Below are positions 39,249-47,627 of a stretch of 64,000 bases of DNA, one piece after another. The notes under the pieces are model-generated. The model was not told the origin of the DNA. It saw nothing but the letters and a program-made list of their open reading frames with translations, and made no database searches. Both the position numbers and the translations under genes were made by a program. Within the stretch, counting starts at the first letter, position 1, and the number at the start of each line of letters is the position of its first letter. This DNA is from a virus: positions 76,507 to 140,506 of IMG/VR virus record IMGVR_UViG_3300029906_000002; one strand, given 5' to 3'.

Positions 39249-39524
39249 CTGTTTAATACTAAATAGGTATATGTACATAAATGATTTTGTTTGATTCGTG
39301 GCGCAAGTTATGGATTTTATTTGATATACGCAACACATTGGTACATATAAATTTTTCTCGTAAAAAACATGAGGAAATATTTGGAGGATAGGAAACTTAA
39401 CCGTACATTTGCATACCCCCTTAAATGAAGGGACAATGCAGATCCCTTCTCCCTCTCCCTCCGAACTGAATAACAGTAAGTGTCGGAGGGCTTTTTTATG
39501 TGTGCTTATCAAAACCTAAATGAG

Positions 39525-39788
39525 ATGAATAAAAGAACAAGAAGATTGGCGAGATTCATAGACAACGACCTGAATATGATACTGTTCATCTGCATAGTCA
39601 TATCCATTGTGTCCATGTTTGTTTATTTGATGATTTACAGTTACTATAACCTGTTTACATCTGGCTATACGCCAGAATGGTGCAATATCCTTCCTGCCGC
39701 ATCAGTATGCCTCGGATTCTCGTCCATAATCATGAAGACCATAGCTTGTACAGTTCGGGAAATCATCAAAAGTGTTTATCATTTCTGA
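39525..39788 (+). CDS. Small two-TM membrane protein
   Basis: MNKRTRR... basic start then two hydrophobic stretches. Confidence 0.55.
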   Translation: MNKRTRRLARFIDNDLNMILFICIVISIVSMFVYLMIYSYYNLFTSGYTPEWCNILPAASVCLGFSSIIMKTIACTVREIIKSVYHF

Positions 39789-40606
39789 CCTCTACCTTGC
39801 GATACAAACCGTTTTCTTTCAGGATTCCAAGTGTTCGCATAGATATCATACGAAGCAACCTTCTCTCGTCTGTCCTTGGCCCGTTGAGGTGTATGCTCCA
39901 GTATGGCTTCCTTCTGGGCATCCGCATCACCGGCAACTACCGCTCGTGCCCATTTGTCGAATATCGGCCTGATATTGCCTCTATTGTATCTTGCTTGGGC
40001 ACCCATCAATCTTACTCCCTGACTGATGGTATCAGGTCTATCAGTATAGCCGCTATCCACCAGTTGCTTCATCAGCATACGGTCGTTGTCGCGCATTAGA
40101 GTAACCGCCAAGTCGTGAGCCTCACTCACGGGTATGCCTTCCTTCTCAGCACGTTTTCTTAGCTTGATACCGTCATCATTGGTACGAACATCAATGCCCG
40201 GACCAAAAGCCCGTGAACCGTCAGAATAAGGGAAATAACGGCCATTGCGAAGTCCTACGCTGTGTGGATTCTCAAGATTCTTGATAACCCGCAAAGTCTG
40301 TACATACTCAAGCGGCTTGACCTTGCTTAGGTTCTCACGACCTTTTTCTTTGTCAACAGTTTTCTTTTCAGTAGATGGGTTTATCCAATTATTAGCCATG
40401 TCTTTCAAGTCGTTTACATGGCTTATTAATGAAGGTAAGGAAGCCATTCCAGGGAGCATAGGGAGTATTTTGGCTGCTATGTCGTATAACTCGCCATTAG
40501 CCTTTCCTCCATTGTCAAAACGTCTGGGTTTCTTGTTTAACCGTTGAGAGAAGTAAGCACTACCAATCCAATCAATTAATTTATTTGCTTCCTTATTTTG
40601 TTTCAT
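39779..40606 (-). CDS. Putative lysozyme-like (muramidase) protein
   Basis: LENP...YFPYSDGSRAFGPGID resembles the T4-lysozyme/pesticin catalytic loop; N-terminal RFDNGG motif. Confidence 0.5.
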   Translation of the reverse strand: MKQNKEANKLIDWIGSAYFSQRLNKKPRRFDNGGKANGELYDIAAKILPMLPGMASLPSLISHVNDLKDMANNWINPSTEKKTVDKEKGRENLSKVKPLEYVQTLRVIKNLENPHSVGLRNGRYFPYSDGSRAFGPGIDVRTNDDGIKLRKRAEKEGIPVSEAHDLAVTLMRDNDRMLMKQLVDSGYTDRPDTISQGVRLMGAQARYNRGNIRPIFDKWARAVVAGDADAQKEAILEHTPQRAKDRREKVASYDIYANTWNPERKRFVSQGRGQK

Positions 40607-40683
40607 TTGAAATCAATCTTATTGAAACAAAATTAATTCTGAGTTATTGTTAGTTGGGCATATTAAATAGAATAAAGCTATGT

Positions 40684-41178
40684 TTATGGATTTGGAGGAA
40701 GATTGCTTTTAGAGAAATTGAATATTAATGTGGCTAAACTACCCATCCAACACCACACATAAGGGCATTTACCAGGTAGAATATACATACCAGTTATTTT
40801 TATATTTGAATCATTAGAACTAAGTTCATTGTCATTATTTTGCATTGTATTATTTGATTCAACTGGTTGCGGAATATACGAAAAGACAAGATCAGCTGTA
40901 TTTCCCATAATATCTTCACAGCGTATAGTTAATCCATAATCAAGTACGCTTTGAAATGTCAACGTACTTCCCTGATTATAGACATAGCTGTAATAATCAT
41001 TTTTGTATATAAATGTTGATGATGGGCCGTTTGAAAAAATATTTATTTTATTGATTATAGAATCATCCTGTGATTCAAATCGACCATACACAAAAATCAT
41101 TTGAATATTACTATCGAAACTCGGATATCCAGCTAACCCCCCCCCATTTTCAACAGTTTCAAGTAAGCGTCTACGCAT
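40684..41178 (-). CDS. Poly-G leader protein, ON state (164 aa)
   Basis: MRRRLLETVENGGG; G9 at 41137-41145 in frame. Confidence 0.85.
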   Translation of the reverse strand: MRRRLLETVENGGGLAGYPSFDSNIQMIFVYGRFESQDDSIINKINIFSNGPSSTFIYKNDYYSYVYNQGSTLTFQSVLDYGLTIRCEDIMGNTADLVFSYIPQPVESNNTMQNNDNELSSNDSNIKITGMYILPGKCPYVWCWMGSLATLIFNFSKSNLPPNP

Positions 41179-41206
41179 GAATAAACTTGTATTAAATAGG
41201 ATAAAA

Positions 41207-41695
41207 TTAGAAAATTAAGCCTGTTATATAAACCAGATTCTTGTTATCGTTATTCACAAGTAAAACTATACTAAATGAGACATTTGATTGCTCAATGCCA
41301 GGATTATTTACTGAAAAATTCAATTCATGGTTCGGAACCATAGAATCGGAATGATCTACTACTTCCAGTGACATGACACTGCTATTATAAGTTTTGTCAA
41401 TTATTTCAAGTTGGTCGGCATCATTATGGAAAATAACTATTTGCATAAGCGGAGATAAGCCTGTTAGTTGCTTATCGTATTGTTCTATCGTTACCAGAAA
41501 TCTGTTACTTTCTTGAAATGCGTAGATTTGGCCGGTTCTCGTATAATCTTCCGTGAATATCCGATGCGAATAATCTTGTATACTGTAATTCCAATACACT
41601 CTTTCGTATCCTTCCGATGAGAATTGCAGGGTTATACTACTTATTATCTGGTCGATATTTGCCCCCCCCCCATTTCCAAAGAGACGCTTGCGCAT
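41207..41695 (-). CDS. Poly-G leader protein, ON state (162 aa, beta-rich)
   Basis: MRKRLFGNGGGA; G10 at 41662-41671 in frame. Confidence 0.85.
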   Translation of the reverse strand: MRKRLFGNGGGANIDQIISSITLQFSSEGYERVYWNYSIQDYSHRIFTEDYTRTGQIYAFQESNRFLVTIEQYDKQLTGLSPLMQIVIFHNDADQLEIIDKTYNSSVMSLEVVDHSDSMVPNHELNFSVNNPGIEQSNVSFSIVLLVNNDNKNLVYITGLIF

Positions 41696-41725
41696 AAGAA
41701 ATGAAGTGTTGGAAACAAAATTAAA

Positions 41726-42081
41726 TTATTGAACTGTATTTGGGAAAAACGAATGATAAGCTTCTACTACTTGATTTGATAAGCTTGACATACTATTAAC
41801 ATTTAACATAAACATCATAGATCCGGTACCCGTATAAGCAATCATGTATGAGCTATCAAGTAAATACATTATATTATTCAATAAAAGCACGTACGCAACC
41901 AATATTACATTATGATCGGTTTCATATACTAAGCATCTTGTAATACAACCTTCCGTACAATTAGTGGGAGTGATATTTCGTAATGGTCCTTCAATAGAAT
42001 TTACAATAGGATAACCCATGAATTCAGTATCATTAGGACCAATTACCTCCCCCCCCCTATCATTGTTCTTCTTTCAAACAT
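41726..42081 (-). pseudogene. Poly-G frameshifted gene (OFF state; 118 aa if G10)
   Basis: ATG 42081 MFERRTMI then G9 (42049-42057) gives MFERRTMIGGGR*; one extra G reads GGGEVIGPNDTEF into MGYPIV ORF 41726-42019. Confidence 0.8.
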
Positions 42082-42334
42082 TATCTTGCTTCGTTTCGTT
42101 ATACTTCTTATTTCCCTTGAAAGCATCAATGCTTTTGGGTATCGTATCCAGACCGAGCATCGAGAACACGCAGATAGTAAACACCTCTGCAATATCTGGA
42201 ATACTTCGATCTATCACTACCACATACGTTATCCAGATGATGATGGCAACCATCCCCATCAATCCTCCCACACGCTTAGTCGATATGCCAGATTGTGCGG
42301 TGAACATCTGCCGTATGAATGAAGTGAATTTCAT
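42074..42334 (-). CDS. Small two-TM holin-like membrane protein
   Basis: ISTKRVGGLMG plus two hydrophobic helices and charged tail. Confidence 0.65.
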   Translation of the reverse strand: MKFTSFIRQMFTAQSGISTKRVGGLMGMVAIIIWITYVVVIDRSIPDIAEVFTICVFSMLGLDTIPKSIDAFKGNKKYNETKQDNV

Positions 42335-42349
42335 GGTATGTAAGATAAA

Positions 42350-42754
42350 TCATTTGAATCTATTATAGACAAAATGAAAAGCCTTAAACCTTTCACTATC
42401 TTTCCATACGCAATCGTAATACGATAGCACCATAGATCTTATTTTCAAGAACAAACAATCGTTTGCCTTTAAATAATCAAACAGCTTCTCTACGTCCTTT
42501 ATGTCATATACGCATTCATCTACAAATGGTATCATTTCCATAACTTCATCTTTATATATGATAAATCCGAGGAATCTTATATGGTCTGTAAATAGCGTAC
42601 ATTTTCTATAATCTTCTGGCCCTAATCCCATATAAGTCTGTTTTATAGATTTGATAATCTTCTTATTTCTTTCGTATAGAATACGAACTAATTTTCTTAT
42701 TTCTTTTTCAGTCCTTCTCATGATTATAAAGCTCTGTACTAATCTCAATACCAA
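42350..42754 (-). CDS. Hypothetical protein
   Basis: AT-rich ORF; start may be MRRTEK at 42721. Confidence 0.55.
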   Translation of the reverse strand: MVLRLVQSFIIMRRTEKEIRKLVRILYERNKKIIKSIKQTYMGLGPEDYRKCTLFTDHIRFLGFIIYKDEVMEMIPFVDECVYDIKDVEKLFDYLKANDCLFLKIRSMVLSYYDCVWKDSERFKAFHFVYNRFK

Positions 42755-42907
42755 TAAATAGATATTTGTTGAAAAAATAAAGGCTGTACCTAATGCAGTA
42801 GGTACAGCCTCAAATTAATTGTATAATGAATGAATATAATTATCTTAACAAAAGCAGCCCATAGCAGAGAACTGCTTCAATGTATCCTTAAAGAGTTGTT
42901 CAGTAGT

Positions 42908-43099
42908 TTACTTCGTAGCTATCGCCTTTTTGTCTTCCTCAATGGAAGCACGACGGAACTGCTTGAGCATCTTTTCGAGCTTCAACGAGTTACGTCTTAC
43001 TCTTGCCGAAGCAGCCTTGATTCTCTTACCTTCATACAGCAGGATGTCGGATTCGATAGCCTGCATAGTCTCCTTGATGTCACTAATCAGTTGTTTCAT
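42908..43099 (-). CDS. Histone H1-like (Hc1-family) basic protein
   Basis: 63 aa; KAASARVRRNSLKLEKMLKQFRRAS parallels Bacteroidetes Hc1-like KAAGTRARK..LE..K..K.FRK.S. Confidence 0.7.
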   Translation of the reverse strand: MKQLISDIKETMQAIESDILLYEGKRIKAASARVRRNSLKLEKMLKQFRRASIEEDKKAIATK

Positions 43100-43667
43100 C
43101 TTTCTTCTTTTTTAAGCTGTTAATAATCTTATTACGCATTCTCGTATTCTTATTCTTTTGGTTCAGTCTTTCTCGTTCAGTAAGCATCACATCCCTTGCC
43201 ACACCGCTCGACATGATAGGCAGCTTCTTCTTCTCCATCTGCCATTCCCTACGCATAGCCTTGACCGTACTCTTCGTATTCTTATACTCCTGCTGTTTCT
43301 TCTCGCGTTGCTTGACCACGAACGGGTTAGTTTCTCTTACTACCTCATAGTCATTCCACAACAGCGTCCAATACAGTCTCATCAGGGAGATATAGATTCT
43401 CAGCGATGCCTTGATAGTTCTTATATCCTGGTAATTATTGGATCGCTTGGCTTCGTACTTCGACATCAAATCCAGGAAAGCTTTGCTTTGCGATTCTATC
43501 ATGGTAGCCAGCTCGAATCGGGAACCTATCTTGGATAACAACCTCCTGATTTGAACGGTAGCTTGACAAGGTTTAATGAGTACCTTCTTGCCATTTTCAG
43601 CCTCCTTCACCATGAAGGATATCATCTCAGGAGTAAGGTCATCCGTTGACTTCTTCTTGAATTGCAT
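43083..43667 (-). CDS. Hypothetical basic protein
   Basis: 194 aa, overlaps both neighbours. Confidence 0.65.
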   Translation of the reverse strand: MQFKKKSTDDLTPEMISFMVKEAENGKKVLIKPCQATVQIRRLLSKIGSRFELATMIESQSKAFLDLMSKYEAKRSNNYQDIRTIKASLRIYISLMRLYWTLLWNDYEVVRETNPFVVKQREKKQQEYKNTKSTVKAMRREWQMEKKKLPIMSSGVARDVMLTERERLNQKNKNTRMRNKIINSLKKKKDETTD

Positions 43668-44112
43668 AATCCTTGGATTTGAATTGTTCGACAGTCATGT
43701 AATTCTCAATACCGCAGTTCTCAGCAAACTCCTTGAACAAGTCACCGCCTACTACCGCGTTATCCTGCTCCTCGATTTTCACTCCAGCATTCACGATACC
43801 CTTCTCGAAGGTCTCCTTAATGAATGTATTGGGCAGCGATTTGTTTTCATCCACATTGTCTATGGCATAGCAACCGAAGCAGGCCACCTTGCATTTTCTC
43901 TTTACCGCATCCACGGACATGGCCATCAGTGTATCCAATTCCTCGGTATCCTTAACCGGAGTATTGCATATCAGCAGCACGCATACGGGATTGGTATTCA
44001 TGATAGCTTTGATGATATCTACATCAGGTTTCAAGGATACCACGCCACCATTAGTCATGTCTACCATGCCCAATGCCTCCACATCCATATAAATGACCTT
44101 GTATTTACTCAT
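43639..44112 (-). CDS. Degenerate HAD-like (polynucleotide 3'-phosphatase-like) protein
   Basis: KVIYMDVEAL start and FAENCGIENYMTVEQF end follow the PNK3P pattern, but DxD is altered. Confidence 0.45.
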   Translation of the reverse strand: MSKYKVIYMDVEALGMVDMTNGGVVSLKPDVDIIKAIMNTNPVCVLLICNTPVKDTEELDTLMAMSVDAVKRKCKVACFGCYAIDNVDENKSLPNTFIKETFEKGIVNAGVKIEEQDNAVVGGDLFKEFAENCGIENYMTVEQFKSKDYAIQEEVNG

Positions 44113-44490
44113 AACCTTGTTTTGACCGCGAAGATAAGCCTTGTCCACTATAAAACAAAATACAGGCCCCTGTTTAACACAACAGAAGCCTGCCAGAACG
44201 AATAAGTATCTTATGTCTATATCAGAATATTGCCGTGACAAAGGTATGAATTATCCTTTTAACAGCCAAATTAAAGAAAGAAAAAGGCAAAATCAAATGT
44301 TACACGATACCGTAATTGCAAGGGTAACATGCGAGCCGGATACACCAGTGGGTTCTGCTCCAATGCTGTTCCAAGTCTGAGGTTTGATACCGAGTTGGCA
44401 AGGAGGTTAGTAAACGAATTGGTAGTTGGTTGGAATGATATTTTTGAAATATATGTTCTTAGATATATATATAAAGGGTAACCACAAGAT

Positions 44491-44628
44491 GCTAATTATT
44501 TGATTATCAATGTTTGTTTGTGAACCAAAAGTTCACTACAGAGGGGGTAAAAATGTACTTTTGGTTCATAAAATAAGGGATTATCATATAATTGAAATAT
44601 AAACACTATTGATAATCAGATAGTTAGC
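44491..44628. repeat. Nested inverted repeats (21-bp outer, 17-bp inner)
   Basis: GCTAATTATTTGATTATCAAT 44491-44511 vs ATTGATAATCAGATAGTTAGC 44608-44628; GTGAACCAAAAGTTCAC 44520-44536 vs ATGTACTTTTGGTTCAT 44553-44569. Confidence 0.8.
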
Positions 44629-44717
44629 TCCATTTATATTTTTCTGAGTATCATAATATATGGCTTATTATCGATAAAAAATATGGCTAAATATTTGGTA
44701 ATCAGATATATTATTCA

Positions 44718-44725
44718 TATTTTTG
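44718..44725 (+). promoter_or_regulatory. Bacteroidetes -7 promoter element
   Basis: TATTTTTG upstream of 44750. Confidence 0.5.
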
Positions 44726-44749
44726 TATTGTCAAATAATATATTGATTT

Positions 44750-45697
44750 ATGGAGCTTAGAAAAGACTTGATGCTATATGAGGTACTTCGTTCAATCGAA
44801 GTAAAGAACAAGAGAAAGGAATTTAGTGTTGAAGGTATAAAACATATATCCATGCGGAAGAGTGTCTATAAATACAGAACATCCGGTGTCGTTATAGAAC
44901 CTATACAGCATTCACGATATATATCATACATACCGCCATGCACATTAGAATCCTTACTGTATACAAGCAGCTCGACAATTATGTTTATTGCAGCATACGT
45001 TTATTTTCAAATCATTGCTACAAAGAAGATCCTCAAAACAAAGGGCATCTATGATTATTATAATCACAATGTGAGAATAAACAAAGAGATTATAGCAGAT
45101 TCCATAGGTGTTTCCAAAAGAAGAGTTTATAAGGCTCTTGAGGAAACTACCGAGAAGTTCGACGAAGCAATACGCAAAAGCGACAACGGATTCATGAGAG
45201 TTGATATTAACGCCATACCACTTATCTTTCTTGAAGAAGATGGAAGCGTGACATTGAACTATGCTCTATGTCCGTTCGAGAATGAAATTGGAGTTCTCGC
45301 TTCCGAGGAGAGACTGGCGATAAAAAGGTATAGAGAAAGCGGAACCTATATTGAAAAGAAGAAATGGGAAAATGCTTCCCTCCAACCACCAACCATTCAT
45401 CTTAGCGATATAAGGAATGGAAACATATATACTGAAGAAGGAGCCATTCTGAAGTATATTTCCGAAGAGATAGATAGAATGAATAACGGCAGAATGATAA
45501 TCGAGGATATCAAAGTCCCGATGGATTTTAATAGAATAGCTGAGATATTCAAGAAAGAAGCTGGAGTTGAAGCAAGCGAGCAGGTGATACGAAAAGCGTT
45601 GAGGCTTATGTCCAGCACGGAGATGCTTATTGAATGCGGCAGAAACTCGAAACGACAAAAACTATACGCGATAAATACGAATAGAATTATCATATAA
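44750..45697 (+). CDS. Tandem winged-HTH DNA-binding protein (Rep-like)
   Basis: INKEIIADSIGVSKRRVYKALEE HTH and C-terminal FNRIAE...SEQVIRKALRLM...LIE wHTH. Confidence 0.65.
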   Translation: MELRKDLMLYEVLRSIEVKNKRKEFSVEGIKHISMRKSVYKYRTSGVVIEPIQHSRYISYIPPCTLESLLYTSSSTIMFIAAYVYFQIIATKKILKTKGIYDYYNHNVRINKEIIADSIGVSKRRVYKALEETTEKFDEAIRKSDNGFMRVDINAIPLIFLEEDGSVTLNYALCPFENEIGVLASEERLAIKRYRESGTYIEKKKWENASLQPPTIHLSDIRNGNIYTEEGAILKYISEEIDRMNNGRMIIEDIKVPMDFNRIAEIFKKEAGVEASEQVIRKALRLMSSTEMLIECGRNSKRQKLYAINTNRIII

Positions 45698-45724
45698 CAT
45701 TAATTCTTTTTTAGTTCCATGCGA

Positions 45725-45759
45725 GGCAGCTTCGTTGTGATAACGAGGCTGTCTTTTTT
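45725..45759 (+). terminator. Intrinsic terminator
   Basis: GGCAGCTTCGTT/AACGAGGCTGTC stem then T6. Confidence 0.75.
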
Positions 45760-46269
45760 ATGTAGGTACGGGCGCGATAAAAGGATAGGGTAGTTTATAT
45801 GCCCCCCCTATACCAAATGGACGGGCAAGGATATAATGAGGCTAAACAAGGCTGTAGGAAATGAGATTTTATTGCGAGGTAATAGTTGGTATATCTGAAA
45901 TGAGAAAGTCTCGGAAATAAAAGGAATTGTAGGGAATTGAGGCGATTAGTAGTTTTGAGGCAGATAGGTTGGTATTCTTGCGATAGAGTATGTCTGCTTA
46001 GTAAGCGGAAGTGGTAGACGTAGTAAGCATGACAATACAAGATGCATGGTTACTTTACTGTTGGTTATACCGGCTTTTCAAAACTGACTGATATAGCTAC
46101 TTGTCTTGTCCTATTCCGCTCCACCTACATTCTAATCTCATTCCCCTTCTAAGTAGACAGTCATAGTCAAATAAGCGACAAGACTAAGTGATATTGATTA
46201 GAAAAAAAATATAGGTTCTTTCCGAGCGGGCTGGTACTATATATTTTCACACCCCCTCCGGGTGTGCCG

Positions 46270-46287
46270 TTTCGATTTAAATCGAAA
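46270..46287. repeat. Perfect 18-bp palindrome
   Basis: TTTCGATTTAAATCGAAA. Confidence 0.9.
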
Positions 46288-46484
46288 TCGGATGCTACGC
46301 AGCCCAGCCAAGTTACCAACTCGAATCACGTTACAGCGAGCTGTAACGCTGTTACGTTTGCTACGCTTTCACGTCCTGTCGGCTTTGCGCGGCTGGCTGG
46401 AGTGTGAGCGGTTTTCAACAACAACCAATTTGCAAAACCGGGCGAAGGTTCACAGCCTTAGCGCACGCCCACAAACAAAACAAA

Positions 46485-47192
46485 ATGGAAAATACAAACA
46501 GTTTCCAGCTTCTGAACGCCCGTAGCGGGCAGAGTGTAAACCTTGCACAGTACGCTGAAGCTGTGCAAAGCGGAAGCCGCGAGGCAGTCGAAAACGCGGA
46601 GAGCTTCGGGCTTGTAAGCGTCAACCGTGAGAACGGTGTCGCAAGTGACGAGGCCATCCAAGCAGCGGCCGCGACCATGCAAACCGCTTTGAACGGCTAT
46701 CTGAACAAACCCGTAGCAGGTCAGGGTGCAATACCTGACGGGGCTTTATTGCGCGTGCTTCCTTGCAATGAAGGCGAGGAGGACCGTGCCGTCTTCCTTA
46801 GACCGTTCACGGGCAGACGGCAGAATGGGCAGTCGTACACCGCCATTGCCGTAACTGTCCGCTTTAATCTCTTGGACGAGGCGGGCAACGCGCTTGCATC
46901 TAACGTGGACATCCCGTTAGGCATGCTCACGTGGGACACCTCACGCAGAACAGACGCAAACGGCGCAGTGCATGCCTATGCCGAAGGGCACATCGGTGCC
47001 CAGATTGAGGCGCAAAACCTCACTTTGCAGGAAGCTGTGCGCTTCTTGCAAGGTAGAGTTTTGCGGACAAGTGTGGAAACCTACACGCGTCCGGGTAGAG
47101 TGAACGCAACGCGGCTTGTTAGCCTTGTAGAGGAGGCTCCAGCGGCTCCAGCACCGACTGCAACACGCGGACGCGGCAGACGAAACGCATAA
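46485..47192 (+). CDS. GC-rich early protein, 235 aa, nearly lysine-free
   Basis: ATG 46485 after A-rich leader; strong terminator follows. Confidence 0.8.
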   Translation: MENTNSFQLLNARSGQSVNLAQYAEAVQSGSREAVENAESFGLVSVNRENGVASDEAIQAAAATMQTALNGYLNKPVAGQGAIPDGALLRVLPCNEGEEDRAVFLRPFTGRRQNGQSYTAIAVTVRFNLLDEAGNALASNVDIPLGMLTWDTSRRTDANGAVHAYAEGHIGAQIEAQNLTLQEAVRFLQGRVLRTSVETYTRPGRVNATRLVSLVEEAPAAPAPTATRGRGRRNA

Positions 47193-47207
47193 CGGCGCAC
47201 ACTGATT

Positions 47208-47255
47208 AATAAGGCGGGCAGCTCCTTTCGGGGAGTTGTCCGCCTTATTTTTTTT
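47208..47255 (+). terminator. Strong intrinsic terminator
   Basis: AATAAGGCGGGCAGCTCC-TTTC-GGGAGTTGTCCGCCTTATT then T-run. Confidence 0.9.
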
Positions 47256-47627
47256 GGAATGCCGAGCCGTGACGAGAAAAAATACCGCAACCGCATCGCC
47301 TGCAAACCATCCGAACCACAACAAAGAATACCGCAGTCAAGCGAGGCAAGAACGAAAGCCGAACCACCGCCAACCATCTGAACCAGCCGCCAACCATCTA
47401 AGCGGAAGCAAACCACATACAAACCATCTAAACCATCTAAGTAAATTACATTTACAAAGGGGAGCTACGCAGCCCAGCCACGTTACATACATGGCTACGC
47501 AGCCCAGCCATGTATAAACTCCAATCCTATCCCAGCGGACGGAAAGACAACTCATGTATAAATCTTTCTATGAACTAATCCGTGGCAATATTCCCGCTAA
47601 GTATTGTCACACAACAACTGGTAACAA

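Larger units (their letters stand above)
46294..47510 (+). repeat. Three exact 17-bp direct repeats GCTACGCAGCCCAGCCA
   Basis: 46294-46310, 47464-47480, 47494-47510. Confidence 0.9.

Noticed and set aside
44141-44380. 79-aa plus-strand ORF
   Set aside because: Overlaps the minus-strand ORF extension/upstream region, no motif or initiation signal
45802-45808. C7 tract as another phase switch
   Set aside because: Shorter, non-coding, and no credible ORF is affected (45795-46040 looks spurious)
46404-46484. Upstream start of the 262-aa ORF
   Set aside because: ATG 46485 follows the A-rich leader seen before other early genes
46294-47510. 17-bp repeats as a CRISPR array
   Set aside because: Too short, spacing irregular (about 1150 and 13 nt), no cas genes
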